Assembly: GCA_963699755.1 (NCBI GenBank)
Contig: CAVOVB010000002.1
Coordinates: 704,001-768,000, forward strand
DNA: 64,000 nt
Source of the DNA: an uncultured delta proteobacterium
Lineage (GTDB): Bacteria > Myxococcota_A > Polyangia > Polyangiales > Houyiibacteriaceae
Direction: 5' to 3'
The notes under the pieces are model-generated. The model saw only the letters and a program-made list of their open reading frames with translations, was not told the origin of the DNA and did not search any database. Each line of letters opens with the position of its first letter. Within the stretch, counting starts at the first letter, position 1. Of this stretch, positions 1 to 9,472 are shown one piece after another. Made by a program: the position numbers and the translations under genes.

Positions 1-2061
1 GATGTAGGTGAACGGGCCGCCGGTGAAGGCAGGGAACCCCACCGCCATGATGACTCCGACATCGCCGTCCCGGACGTCGGTGAGGACACCCTGCTCGAGA
101 CATCGAGCGGCCTCCAAGCACTGCACGAAAATATAGCGTTGCCGGACCGTCTCCACGCTTGGCTGCTCTTCGCGGGTTTCGATCCAGCGGCCCATCGCGG
201 TGCCGAGCTCGGGCCAGAGGCACTTGCCCCCGTCGTGATAGTCATAGAAGCCAGCCGGCCTGCGGGGCGTTCCATCTTCTTTGGATGGCGGATGCGCGCC
301 CCAGCGATCGTAATCTTCTATGAGCGATGCGATGATCGCTTGCGCAGGCGAGGGTGCCCACTTCTTCCGAGCGGCGGCGGCGTCCTTCTCCGCCTGCTTG
401 GCAACCTTGTACATCGTTCCGAGACCAACCTGATCGGAAATGCCGAGCGGCGGCATCGGCATCCCGGCGGCCTTTGCCGCGTTTTCGATCAAAGCAGGCT
501 TCACGCCCTCGACGAGGAGGTGATTGCCTTCGGAGATGAAGGTCCCGAACACGCGACTCGTGTAGAAGCCTGGGCTGTCGTTGACGACGATGCCGGCCTT
601 CTTGATCTTGAGAATGAAGTCCCAGGCCTTGGCCAGCGTCCGCTCGGATGTCTGCTTGCCGACTACGATCTCGACCATCTGCATTCGTTCGACAGGCGAG
701 AAGAAGTGGAGGCCTATGAAGTTCTCCGGTCGGCTCGACGCCTTTGCGAGGTCGGTGATCGGCAAGCCCGAGGTATTCGACGCGAAGATCGCCTCGTCGC
801 CGAGTTGTTCGTCCGTGGCCTTGGTGACCTCGGCCTTGATATCGCGGTCCTCGAAGACCGCTTCGACGACGACGTCGCAGCCTTTGAGGTCCTCGTAGAT
901 CTCACTCGGATGAATCCGACTCAGAATGCCTTCAATCCGATCAGGGGTCGTGCGGCCTTTCTTGAGACGACGGTCGAGAGTCTTGGAGACCTTGTCCTTG
1001 CCCCGCTCCGCGCTCGCCAGGTCGCGGTCGAGCAGAACGACGTCGATCCCAGCCTTCGCCGAAACCTGGGCGATGCCCTGCCCCATCAGGCCTGCGCCGA
1101 CGATGCCGACCTTCTTCACGTCGAAGCGGGGCACGTCCCTGGGCCTGCGAGCGCCCTTTTGGCATTCCTGAAGGCTGAAGAAGAGGGTTCGCAGCATGCT
1201 CCGTGCGGTCGGGTCCTGAAGGACATGAATGAACTGCCGGGTCTCCACCTTGCCGGCGCGATCCATTGGAAGCCCAAGGCCGTCGTAGATGGCTTGGAGG
1301 ATCGCCTGCTGGGACGGCATGTTTCCGAACGTGGCCGCGTGGGTCATCGCATTCGCGCCCATGAGGGTTTGAGCGAACGTGACCGACCCGGCGCCGCCAC
1401 CGGGCACCTCGTAGCGCTTCTGGTCCCAGGGCTGGGTGGCGTTGCCGTCCTCTCGGATCCACTTCTTGGCAGCGGGGATCAGGTCGGCCGGCTCGACGAG
1501 CTCATCGACGAGGCCCTGCTGGAACGCCTCGTCGGGGCCGAGCTGCTTGCCCTGCATGATCAGTCCAAGCGCGCTTTGCACGCCGATCAAGCGTGGAAGT
1601 CGCTGCGTGCCACCTGCCCCGGGCATCAGGCCGAGGCCCGCCTCGGGCAGACCGACCTGTGCGTGTCGCTGGTTGACTAGAATGCGACGGTGGCAAGCGA
1701 GCGCGATCTCATAGCCGCCACCGAGAGTCGCGCCATTGAGCGCTGCGACCACCGGCTTCCCACATGTTTCCATCCGTCGAAGCTGGTCGAGGACTGCGCC
1801 GCTGCGCTTCAAGAGGTCGGCAGCGTCGATCGGCCCAGACCCGAGCGATTCGATCTGCTGGAGGTCACCGCCTGCAACGAAGACGCCCGGCTTTCGGGAA
1901 GTGAGAATGACGCCCTCCACGTCATCATCGACCACCGCCTTTTCAATGCCGACACTGAGCTCGGCGAGCGCGTCCCCGCTCAGCACGTTCATCGGACGGT
2001 CCTTGTCGTCCCAGCTCAGGATCGCCACGCCATCTTCCACTCGATAATCGATAATCGCCAT
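1..2061 (-). CDS. Multifunctional fatty-acid oxidation complex alpha subunit (enoyl-CoA hydratase / 3-hydroxyacyl-CoA dehydrogenase, FadB/FadJ type); 3' end runs off the window
   Basis: Missing from the ORF track because it has no stop in the window. Manual minus-strand translation from ATG at 2061 gives MAIIDYRVEDGVAILSWDDKDRPMNVL..., the NAD-binding GIVGAGLMGQGIA, IGLHFFSPVERMQMVEIV and GFPAFTGGP near position 1. Starts 4 nt after the thiolase stop. Confidence 0.92.
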   Translation of the reverse strand, partial: MAIIDYRVEDGVAILSWDDKDRPMNVLSGDALAELSVGIEKAVVDDDVEGVILTSRKPGVFVAGGDLQQIESLGSGPIDAADLLKRSGAVLDQLRRMETCGKPVVAALNGATLGGGYEIALACHRRILVNQRHAQVGLPEAGLGLMPGAGGTQRLPRLIGVQSALGLIMQGKQLGPDEAFQQGLVDELVEPADLIPAAKKWIREDGNATQPWDQKRYEVPGGGAGSVTFAQTLMGANAMTHAATFGNMPSQQAILQAIYDGLGLPMDRAGKVETRQFIHVLQDPTARSMLRTLFFSLQECQKGARRPRDVPRFDVKKVGIVGAGLMGQGIAQVSAKAGIDVVLLDRDLASAERGKDKVSKTLDRRLKKGRTTPDRIEGILSRIHPSEIYEDLKGCDVVVEAVFEDRDIKAEVTKATDEQLGDEAIFASNTSGLPITDLAKASSRPENFIGLHFFSPVERMQMVEIVVGKQTSERTLAKAWDFILKIKKAGIVVNDSPGFYTSRVFGTFISEGNHLLVEGVKPALIENAAKAAGMPMPPLGISDQVGLGTMYKVAKQAEKDAAAARKKWAPSPAQAIIASLIEDYDRWGAHPPSKEDGTPRRPAGFYDYHDGGKCLWPELGTAMGRWIETREEQPSVETVRQRYIFVQCLEAARCLEQGVLTDVRDGDVGVIMAVGFPAFTGGPFTYI

Positions 2062-2065
2062 CTGC

Positions 2066-3277
2066 CTAGACCCGCTCGATGATGGTCGAAGTTCCCATGC
2101 CTGCGCCGACGCACAAAGTGATCAGCGCGGTGCTGAGGTCGCGCCGCTCGAGCTCGTCGACCATGGTTCCGAGAAGCATGGCTCCGGTGGCGCCGAGCGG
2201 ATGACCAAACGCAATCGCCCCGCCGTTCACGTTGGTGACAGCATGGTCGATACCCATCTCCTCCATGAACAGGAGACAGACCGATGAGAACGCTTCGTTG
2301 ATCTCCCAAAGGTCGATGTCGGAGGTTTGCATCCCTGCCTTTGCAAGCGCTTTTCGCGAGGCGGGCATCGGACCGGTCAACATGATGCAGGGCTCGCTGC
2401 CGACCGTAGCGGACTTCACGATTCGCGCGCGCGGCTTGAGCCCGAGGCGCTCGCCGGCTTGCTTAGTGCCGAGCAAGACCGCCGCGGCCCCGTCGACGAT
2501 GCCCGAGGAGTTGCCGGCATGGTGTACGTGATGGATCTGTTCGACGTCGGGGTGCTTCTGAATGGCAACCGCGTCGAAGCCAAAGTTACGGCCCATCATC
2601 TCGAAGCTCGGCTCGAGCTGCGAAAGGTCTTCGAGCGTGGTGCCGGGGCGCATATGCTCGTCTCGCTCGAGCATCATGACACCGATGTTGTCCTTCACGG
2701 GAACGATCGACTTGGCGAAATGCTCGCCTTCCCACGCGGCGGCGCCGCGACGCTGGCTCTCCACCGCAAAGGCGTCGACATCTCGGCGACTGTACCCGTA
2801 CTTCGTCGCGATGAGGTCGGCGCCGATGCCCTGGGGCACGAAGGACGTTTTCCAAGCGAGCTCCGGGTCGGTCGACCAAGCGCCTCCCGCAGCGCCCATC
2901 GAAATCCGGCTCATGCTCTCCATCCCGCCGCCGACGATCAGATCGACGTCGCCCGCCTTAACCTTCGCCGCAGCGATGTTCACCGCTTCGAGGCCGGACG
3001 AGCAGAATCGGTTGAGCTGAACGCCGGGGACGCTGTCGTCGTACCCCGCGATCATAGCCCCCATGCGACCGACGTTCGCGCCTTGCTCCGCTACTGGTTC
3101 GACGCAACCCAGGATCACGTCTTCGATCTCCCTGCTGTCGAAGCCCCCTCGTTCTGGCAGCGCCTGCAGGACGGTCTTGGCCATGCGAAGCGGCGGTGCG
3201 TCGGCGAGGGCGCCGTCCTTCTTTCGTCCTTTGCCGCGCGGCGTGCGCACCGCGTCGTAGATGAAGCAATCCGTCAT
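2066..3277 (-). CDS. Acetyl-CoA C-acyltransferase (thiolase, FadA/FadI partner)
   Basis: NRFCSSGL (nucleophilic Cys), [14 protein letters not shown] and TLCVGAGMG thiolase motifs. Confidence 0.95.
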   Translation of the reverse strand: MTDCFIYDAVRTPRGKGRKKDGALADAPPLRMAKTVLQALPERGGFDSREIEDVILGCVEPVAEQGANVGRMGAMIAGYDDSVPGVQLNRFCSSGLEAVNIAAAKVKAGDVDLIVGGGMESMSRISMGAAGGAWSTDPELAWKTSFVPQGIGADLIATKYGYSRRDVDAFAVESQRRGAAAWEGEHFAKSIVPVKDNIGVMMLERDEHMRPGTTLEDLSQLEPSFEMMGRNFGFDAVAIQKHPDVEQIHHVHHAGNSSGIVDGAAAVLLGTKQAGERLGLKPRARIVKSATVGSEPCIMLTGPMPASRKALAKAGMQTSDIDLWEINEAFSSVCLLFMEEMGIDHAVTNVNGGAIAFGHPLGATGAMLLGTMVDELERRDLSTALITLCVGAGMGTSTIIERV

Positions 3278-3340
3278 CGAGTTTCCTTTCGGGTGTTTCG
3301 AGCGCGCGGCTTCGAACCCTGGTCACGACCGGGTGGGCCG

Positions 3341-3362
3341 AAACTGGAACATGTTCTAGTTT
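3341..3362. promoter_or_regulatory. Palindromic operator (KstR/TetR-type TnnAACnnGTTnnA) upstream of the thiolase-fadB operon
   Basis: AAACTGGAACATGTTCTAGTTT is a 22-bp palindrome with one mismatched pair, 64-85 bp upstream of the thiolase start. Confidence 0.65.
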
Positions 3363-3392
3363 GAGCGCCACCGCAGCGCAAACAGGCGAATT

Positions 3393-4289
3393 TCAGCGCC
3401 CCACAGTCCAGAAAAAGTCGGCCGAACGCTCCTCCGCCGGCAATTTGAGCTCAGCTTTCAGCTCATCGTGGGTGACCGGCAGCACCACGGCATAGGGCGC
3501 GGCGCCTCGCTTAGCGGCCCGGTCGGGGATGCCGAGGCCGCGTTTCACATGCACCCGGCCCGCGAAAACGACCATCTTGGCCGGGCCCCCGGCCCGCGCG
3601 AGCGTCTCGGCCACCCGCGAACCCATCGTTTCGTCCCAAAGGACCTGAGCCTGGTAGTACTGCTCGATCGCGCCGCCGACCGCGTGATCCTCGACGTCGA
3701 ACTCTGCATCGAAAAGCGCGCGATGTTCCTCGTTGCCGAGGTCGAGCTCGGGCAAGTCGTCCGCCAGCTCCGAGGACAAACCGTCGACGCCGTCTTTTGC
3801 GACGGCATACGCGAGCTCCTTTGGAGCGTTGAGGGCGACCACTTCGACGCCCCGATTGCGCGCGTACTCGAGAATCGGACGATACATGCTGAAGTCGAAA
3901 CCCCAGCGCTTGTCGTACTCGGTGTCACGGCGCAGCACCGTCTCGTCAATCTGACCGGCGCTCCATTTGTCGAGCGGCTCTTGGAACGGGACCTGAAACA
4001 TCTCCATTCCGATTGCAAGTGACGCCTCGCTGCGATGCAGTTGCCGTAGGATGGCGTATTGCACACCATGGTCGCTTGGCTGGTCGTGGCGCTCGCCCAC
4101 ATAGACGACGGCTTTGCTGCGGAGCACAGCCAGGAACGCTTCAGTCTCGATCGACTTTCCGGTCGCCGCATCGACCAAGGAAATCGGCTCTGACTGGCTG
4201 CGAACGATGGACTCCGCCGTTTGCGGGTCGGGTTTCACTGCCCCCGCACAGCCGACACAGACCAACAAGATGAGCGCTGCAAACTTCAT
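3393..4289 (-). CDS. ChaN-family (haem-binding uptake / EreA-like) lipoprotein
   Basis: Likely start is ATG 4289 (MKFAALILLVCVGC, lipobox-like). Motifs YVGERHD, IGMEMFQ, WDETMG, FAGRVHV. Start overlaps the orn stop (TGATG). Confidence 0.85.
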   Translation of the reverse strand: MKFAALILLVCVGCAGAVKPDPQTAESIVRSQSEPISLVDAATGKSIETEAFLAVLRSKAVVYVGERHDQPSDHGVQYAILRQLHRSEASLAIGMEMFQVPFQEPLDKWSAGQIDETVLRRDTEYDKRWGFDFSMYRPILEYARNRGVEVVALNAPKELAYAVAKDGVDGLSSELADDLPELDLGNEEHRALFDAEFDVEDHAVGGAIEQYYQAQVLWDETMGSRVAETLARAGGPAKMVVFAGRVHVKRGLGIPDRAAKRGAAPYAVVLPVTHDELKAELKLPAEERSADFFWTVGR

Positions 4290-4831
4290 CAGGCCGACGG
4301 AAGGAAGAGTGCCTTTCGGTAGTACTTGAGCTCCGCGATCGACTCCATCAAGTCGTCCATGGCGCGGTGGCTGCCCTTCTTCAGCGGGCGGGCGGCATAT
4401 TGCGCTGGATGCCAGCGCCGAGCGAGCTCTTTGATCGTCGAAACGTCGATGTTGCGGTAGTGGAGCCAGCCCTCGACCTCGGGGAGGTAGCGGGCGACGA
4501 AGCGACGGTCTTGATGAATCGAATTGCCGGCCAGAGGCGCTTCGTTCTTCTTCGTATGCTCCGAGAGGAAACCGAGAAGCGCCGCCGACGCCTCGGCCTC
4601 GTCCACCGTCGACTCGCGAACGCGCTCCGTGAGACCCGACTGCCCGTGATGCTTCGTGTTCCATTCGTCCATGGAGGCGAGAACCTCGTCCGATTGATGC
4701 AACACCAGGTTGGGGCCCTCAGCGACGACGTTGAGCTCGCCGTCGGTGACGAGAACCGCAACTTCCAAGATCCGATCGGTCTCTGGTTCGAGCCCGGACA
4801 TCTCCATATCCATCCATACGATTGCCGACAT
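4289..4831 (-). CDS. orn: Oligoribonuclease
   Basis: VWMDMEMSGL, MDEWNTKHHGQSGL, LAGNSIHQDRRF, HYRNIDVSTIKEL, HRAMDD (DEDDh exonuclease). Start could alternatively be 4855. Confidence 0.95.
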   Translation of the reverse strand: MSAIVWMDMEMSGLEPETDRILEVAVLVTDGELNVVAEGPNLVLHQSDEVLASMDEWNTKHHGQSGLTERVRESTVDEAEASAALLGFLSEHTKKNEAPLAGNSIHQDRRFVARYLPEVEGWLHYRNIDVSTIKELARRWHPAQYAARPLKKGSHRAMDDLMESIAELKYYRKALFLPSA

Positions 4832-4957
4832 CTTGCTCGTCGCTGTTCTTAGCATGAGCTTGGCAGCGTTGCTTTCATCGAGGTCCTTGGGCATTGAACT
4901 CGCCCAGAACTCGCGTATAGACTGGCGTCCTATAGACGAGGGCCCTAGGAACCGACG

Positions 4958-5872
4958 GTGGAGTCAAGCGAGCACAAACTGAGTCAGCTTCGCCAGCTCG
5001 AAGCAGAAAGCATTCAGATCATCCGCGAAGCGGCCGCCGAGTTCGACAATCCCGTCATGATGTATTCGGTTGGGAAAGACTCATCGGTCATGCTTCGCTT
5101 GGCTGAGAAAGCGTTCGCACCCGGGCCCCTGCCCTTCCCGCTTCTGCACATCGATACGACCTGGAAGTTCCAGGACATGTATCGGTACCGGGACAAGATC
5201 GAGTCCACGGTCAAAGCCGAGCTCATCAAGTACACCAACCCCGAAGGCGTCGCGATGGGGATGAACCCCTTCGACTTCGGCAGCAAAAAGTACACCGACA
5301 TCATGAAGACCGAAGCGCTGAAACAGGCGCTCTCGAAGTACGAGTTTGATTGTGCGTTCGGTGGCGCACGGCGCGATGAGGAGAAGTCTCGCGCCAAGGA
5401 GCGAATCTTTTCGTTCCGCGACAGCCACCATCAGTGGGACCCGAAGAATCAGCGTCCTGAGCTCTGGAACGTCTACAACGCGAAGATCAAGAAGGGCGAG
5501 AACGTTCGAGTCTTCCCGCTGAGCAACTGGACCGAGCTCGATGTCTGGCTCTACGTTTGGCTCGAAGACATTCCTGTCGTGCCGCTTTACTTCGCGAAGG
5601 AGCGTCCGGTGGTGGAGCGCTCAGGCACTTGGATCCTGGTCGACGACGATCGGATGCGACTCGAACCCGGTGAAAAGTCGCAGATGAAGAAGGTACGATT
5701 TCGGACACTCGGCTGCTACCCGCTCAGCGGCGCGGTCGAATCCGAGGCGGACACGGTGCCAAAAGTCATCCAAGAAATGCTCCTAAACCGCTTCTCGGAA
5801 AGGCAGGGGCGCCTCATCGACTTCGATGAAGAAGGATCGATGGAAGTCAAAAAGCGCGAGGGCTACTTCTAG
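4958..5872 (+). CDS. cysD: Sulfate adenylyltransferase subunit 2
   Basis: [49 protein letters not shown]-terminal KREGYF. Confidence 0.97.
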   Translation: MESSEHKLSQLRQLEAESIQIIREAAAEFDNPVMMYSVGKDSSVMLRLAEKAFAPGPLPFPLLHIDTTWKFQDMYRYRDKIESTVKAELIKYTNPEGVAMGMNPFDFGSKKYTDIMKTEALKQALSKYEFDCAFGGARRDEEKSRAKERIFSFRDSHHQWDPKNQRPELWNVYNAKIKKGENVRVFPLSNWTELDVWLYVWLEDIPVVPLYFAKERPVVERSGTWILVDDDRMRLEPGEKSQMKKVRFRTLGCYPLSGAVESEADTVPKVIQEMLLNRFSERQGRLIDFDEEGSMEVKKREGYF

Positions 5873-5901
5873 GCCGGGCGCGGGCTCTTCTAGGGAACGT
5901 C

Positions 5902-7728
5902 ATGACGGACGAAAAAGACCTGATTCGCGACGACATCGAAGCCTATCTCGCGAAGTACCGAAAGAAAGAGCTCCTCCGATTCGTGTCGGTCGGCTCGGTC
6001 GATGACGGCAAATCGACCTTGATAGGCCGCATTCTCTACGACACCGGGATGGTGTTCGAGGATCAGATGGCTGCGGTGCGGGCCGCGTCACAAACCGAGG
6101 AGCCGGACTTGGCGCTTCTCACCGATGGGCTCAAGGCGGAGCGCGAGCAGGGCATCACGATCGACGTCGCCTACCGGTACTTCGCGACCAACAAGCGCAA
6201 GTTCATCATCGCGGACACGCCTGGGCACATTCAGTATACGCGCAACATGGTCACGGGTGCGTCGACTGCAAACGTGGCTCTGATCTTGATCGACGCTCGA
6301 CATGGCGTCCTACAGCAGTCTCGCCGCCATGCGTACATCGCCTCTTTGCTCGGCATTCCTCATCTCGCCGTCTGCGTGAACAAGATGGATCTCAAGGACT
6401 ACTCGGAGCGGGTCTTCAACGAAATCAGTGCGGACTTCATGGAGTTCGGCAAAACGCTTCGATTCAAGGACATTCAGTTCTTCCCGGTGAGCGCGCTGCT
6501 CGGTGACAACGTGGTGAGCGACAGCGAGAACACCCCCTGGTACGACGGGCCGAACGTTCTCGAATATCTGGAGACGGTCCCGGTTTTCGCCGACCGCAAC
6601 TTGGCTGATTTCCGCTACCCGGTGCAATACGTCATCCGGCCCGATCTCGACTACCGAGGCTTTGCCGCGGAGATCGCTGCGGGCGTCATCGCCAAGGGCG
6701 ACGAGATCGTGGCGCTCCCCTCGGGCAAGAGCTCGAAAGTGAAAGCCATCGACACCTACGATGGCGAGCTCGAGGAGGCCTTCGCAGGCCAGTCGGTGAC
6801 CATCCGGCTCGAAGACGAGATCGACATCAGCCGGGGCGACATGATCGTCAGGCCGGACAATCTTCCGCGGGTCACTCGTCGGTTCGACGCTCATCTGGTT
6901 TGGATGCACGAGCGTCCACTCGACACCGAGAAGGCCTACCTCGTCAAGCACACCACGCAGACGGTCCGGGCCCAGATCGACAAGATCTACAGCGAGATCG
7001 ACATGGACACACTCGAAGAAAAGCCGACCGACGGCATCGGGCTCAATGACATCGCCAAGGTGCGCTTGAGCTGCCACCGGGCGCTTTATGTCGACGACTA
7101 CCAGCGGAACAGAGAAACCGGCGCGTTCATCGTCATCGATTCGTTGACCAACAATACCGTCGCAGCGGGCATGATCTCGCTTGAGGGGAGCGGTCAGAAC
7201 ATCGGTGAGGTAATGAAGGAGCTGCACGCCGAGTCGGCGATGGAGCCCAAGACCTTCGTCAGTAACAACGAGCGCATGGAGCGCTTCGGTCAGAAAGGGG
7301 CGACGGTTTGGCTGCAAGGGCTTCCAGGCTCCGGACGCTGGACGCTGGCCTATGCACTCGAGCGAAGGCTCTTCGATGATGGCCACACCGCTACGGTCGT
7401 GAACCCCGTCGGGGAGGATCTGCGTTCGATGATTTCGGCCGCGAAGGCCATCACCGACGCAGGTCTGATTAATATCTGCGCCTTCCCGAGTCCGACGCGA
7501 ACCGACCGCGACAAGCTGAAGGCGCGAATCGGCGAAGATCGGGTCATCCAGGTCTATGTCAACACCGATGAGGCGCTCTGTCGCGAACGCCGGCCGGATG
7601 CCGACTTCTCGAAGTTCGAGGCTCCAGAAGATCCGGACATCACGGTCGCGCTGGACGAGATGCGAATCGACAAGGCGGTCGAAATCATCATGGCAGCGCT
7701 CAAGGAGCGCGGCCAGTTCGAAGACTAG
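5902..7728 (+). CDS. cysN: Sulfate adenylyltransferase subunit 1 (GTPase) with a degenerate C-terminal APS-kinase-like domain
   Basis: GSVDDGKSTL, AEREQGITIDVAYRYF, DTPGH, NKMD. The C-terminal ~145 aa resemble CysC but the Walker A reads GLPGSGRWT. Confidence 0.93.
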   Translation: MTDEKDLIRDDIEAYLAKYRKKELLRFVSVGSVDDGKSTLIGRILYDTGMVFEDQMAAVRAASQTEEPDLALLTDGLKAEREQGITIDVAYRYFATNKRKFIIADTPGHIQYTRNMVTGASTANVALILIDARHGVLQQSRRHAYIASLLGIPHLAVCVNKMDLKDYSERVFNEISADFMEFGKTLRFKDIQFFPVSALLGDNVVSDSENTPWYDGPNVLEYLETVPVFADRNLADFRYPVQYVIRPDLDYRGFAAEIAAGVIAKGDEIVALPSGKSSKVKAIDTYDGELEEAFAGQSVTIRLEDEIDISRGDMIVRPDNLPRVTRRFDAHLVWMHERPLDTEKAYLVKHTTQTVRAQIDKIYSEIDMDTLEEKPTDGIGLNDIAKVRLSCHRALYVDDYQRNRETGAFIVIDSLTNNTVAAGMISLEGSGQNIGEVMKELHAESAMEPKTFVSNNERMERFGQKGATVWLQGLPGSGRWTLAYALERRLFDDGHTATVVNPVGEDLRSMISAAKAITDAGLINICAFPSPTRTDRDKLKARIGEDRVIQVYVNTDEALCRERRPDADFSKFEAPEDPDITVALDEMRIDKAVEIIMAALKERGQFED

Positions 7729-7776
7729 ATTGCGGAGCCCTGCACTGGTCGTTGGAGCCTTCTCGATGCTGCGGAA

Positions 7777-8649
7777 ATGATTCTCGATCTTCTGGAGGTC
7801 GTCGCTCCCGTTTTCATCGTAGCGGCGGTGGGCCTCGGCTGGGCGCGGTCTGGTGCACACTTCGACGAGGTTTCGATCTCGCGCCTGGTCTTGAACGTTG
7901 GCGTTCCTTGCCTTCTCTTCCGGAGCCTGACCACGCTCGAAGTGCCTTCGGCAGAGCTGGCGACCATGGCAGGACTGACCGTCGGCGTCATGAGCCTCTT
8001 CGCGGTCGGCGGGCTCGGGGTGCTCAAGGTGATGAGGCTGCCTGCGCACACCTTTCTCGGCCCTTTGATGTTCAGCAACTCTGGGAACATCGGCGTTCCG
8101 ATCTGCCTCTTCGCGTTCGGTGAACCGGGTCTCGCACTTGGGATGACCTATTTCGCCGTGTCCGCGACCTTTCACGTGACCCTCGGCGGCCCGCTGTTCT
8201 CGGGAGTTTTTTCGCCGCGGCCGTTTCTTCGTTCACCTCTGACCTGGGCGGTCGTCGTCACGGTCGCCGTCGTCGCATCGGGGGCAGCGGTGCCCACCTG
8301 GATCGCCCGAACGACCGGGCTCCTCGGCGACATCGCCATCCCACTCATGCTGCTCACCCTCGGGGTCTCGCTCTCCAAGATGCACCCCAGTGCGCTAGGG
8401 CGCTCCGTCATCTTGTCCCTCGTCCGCCTCGCGCTCGGGGTATCCGCGGGCCTTCTCCTCACGGCCCTCCTCGGCGTGGAGGGCCTGAGCCGCAAGGTCC
8501 TCATCCTTCAAGCGTCGATGCCGATCGGGGTGCTGAACTACCTCTTCGCGCATAGGTACGGCAGAAGCCCGGAGCAGGTTGCGAGCCTGGTGCTCGTGAG
8601 CACGCTGCTCTCGATCGTTTCGATTCCGGGGCTCTTGGCGTGGCTGTGA
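7777..8649 (+). CDS. AEC (auxin efflux carrier / membrane transport) family permease
   Basis: About 10 hydrophobic segments, N(S)GNIGxP, PLMLLTLG and QASMP motifs. Confidence 0.88.
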   Translation: MILDLLEVVAPVFIVAAVGLGWARSGAHFDEVSISRLVLNVGVPCLLFRSLTTLEVPSAELATMAGLTVGVMSLFAVGGLGVLKVMRLPAHTFLGPLMFSNSGNIGVPICLFAFGEPGLALGMTYFAVSATFHVTLGGPLFSGVFSPRPFLRSPLTWAVVVTVAVVASGAAVPTWIARTTGLLGDIAIPLMLLTLGVSLSKMHPSALGRSVILSLVRLALGVSAGLLLTALLGVEGLSRKVLILQASMPIGVLNYLFAHRYGRSPEQVASLVLVSTLLSIVSIPGLLAWL

Positions 8650-8785
8650 GCGCCTTATTTCCACAGCCGGGAGCCAGGCCGGCGCCGCGACCGGGGCCGA
8701 GAATCGAGACCCGGGATCTGGACCGAGACCTAGTCTGCGGGCGGAATTCTCGGTCGTGCGGGCTCCTTCACGTACCCTGCTCCGG

Positions 8786-9355
8786 ATGCCTCGCACCGTC
8801 CCCCTTCGTGTCCTCTCCGACCGGGACCACTATGAACAGGTCATGCAAGCGGTGCTTGCGGCCGAGCGGAGCGTTTGGATCGCGACGGCGAATCTCAAAG
8901 ACGTGATGGTCGAGGATCCGCGGGTAGTCCCTGGTCGGCGCCGGGGGCGGCGTGGCAACTATCGATCCGTCCTCGAGGTGTTCGCCGAGCTGGCACGACG
9001 CGGACTCGAGCTACGCATTCTGCACGCATCCGCACCTTCACGCGCGTTCCGCCAAAGCTTCGACGCTCAGAAGGAGCTCGTTGCCGGAGGCATGGAAATG
9101 CGCGTCTGTCCGCGGGTACATCTCAAGACGGTCGTGGTCGATGCCGGCCTCGTGTACTTGGGAAGTGCAAACTGGACGGGTGCGGGCCTGGGCGCCAAAG
9201 GCGATGGCCGGCGGAACTTCGAAATGGGTATCCTGACGACGGACGAGCAAACGATCGATGAGGTGCAAGAACGCTACGACCGTATCTGGCGAGGCGCCGA
9301 ATGCGCAGACTGCCGCCTCCGAGCAGAGTGCGAAATGCCCCTGGACGAATTCTGA
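8786..9355 (+). CDS. Phospholipase D-like (single HKD) domain protein with a C-terminal Cys cluster
   Basis: HLKTVVVD...YLGSANWT, NFEMG and a CADCRLRAEC tail. An alternative GTG start lies at 8756. Confidence 0.85.
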   Translation: MPRTVPLRVLSDRDHYEQVMQAVLAAERSVWIATANLKDVMVEDPRVVPGRRRGRRGNYRSVLEVFAELARRGLELRILHASAPSRAFRQSFDAQKELVAGGMEMRVCPRVHLKTVVVDAGLVYLGSANWTGAGLGAKGDGRRNFEMGILTTDEQTIDEVQERYDRIWRGAECADCRLRAECEMPLDEF

Positions 9356-9472
9356 AACAGGTCGAGCTCCGGATTCCCGATCGCGGTCCGCTGTCGGTCA
9401 CTCACGGTGACAACGCCGCCGACGGCATCTGTGCCCTTGCGCGCTCCGATTCTCGCCGCACGAACGGTGCTC

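Noticed and set aside
139..1680. 513-aa plus-strand ORF, and similar long ORFs (6310-8175, 25625-26965, 32151-33725, 40108-41415, 41372-42709, 51346-52701)
   Set aside because: These are antisense shadows of real genes, common in GC-rich DNA. The opposite strand carries the recognisable motifs.
3345..3358. GAAC..GTTC read as a Gram-positive LexA (Cheo) box
   Set aside because: The spacer is 2 nt rather than 4, and a different, Myxococcus-type box is present at recA.
8667..8730. Degenerate 6-bp periodic run (CCGGCG CCGCGA CCGGGG CCGAGA...)
   Set aside because: Short and imperfect, with no spacers. Not CRISPR and too weak to call a repeat family.
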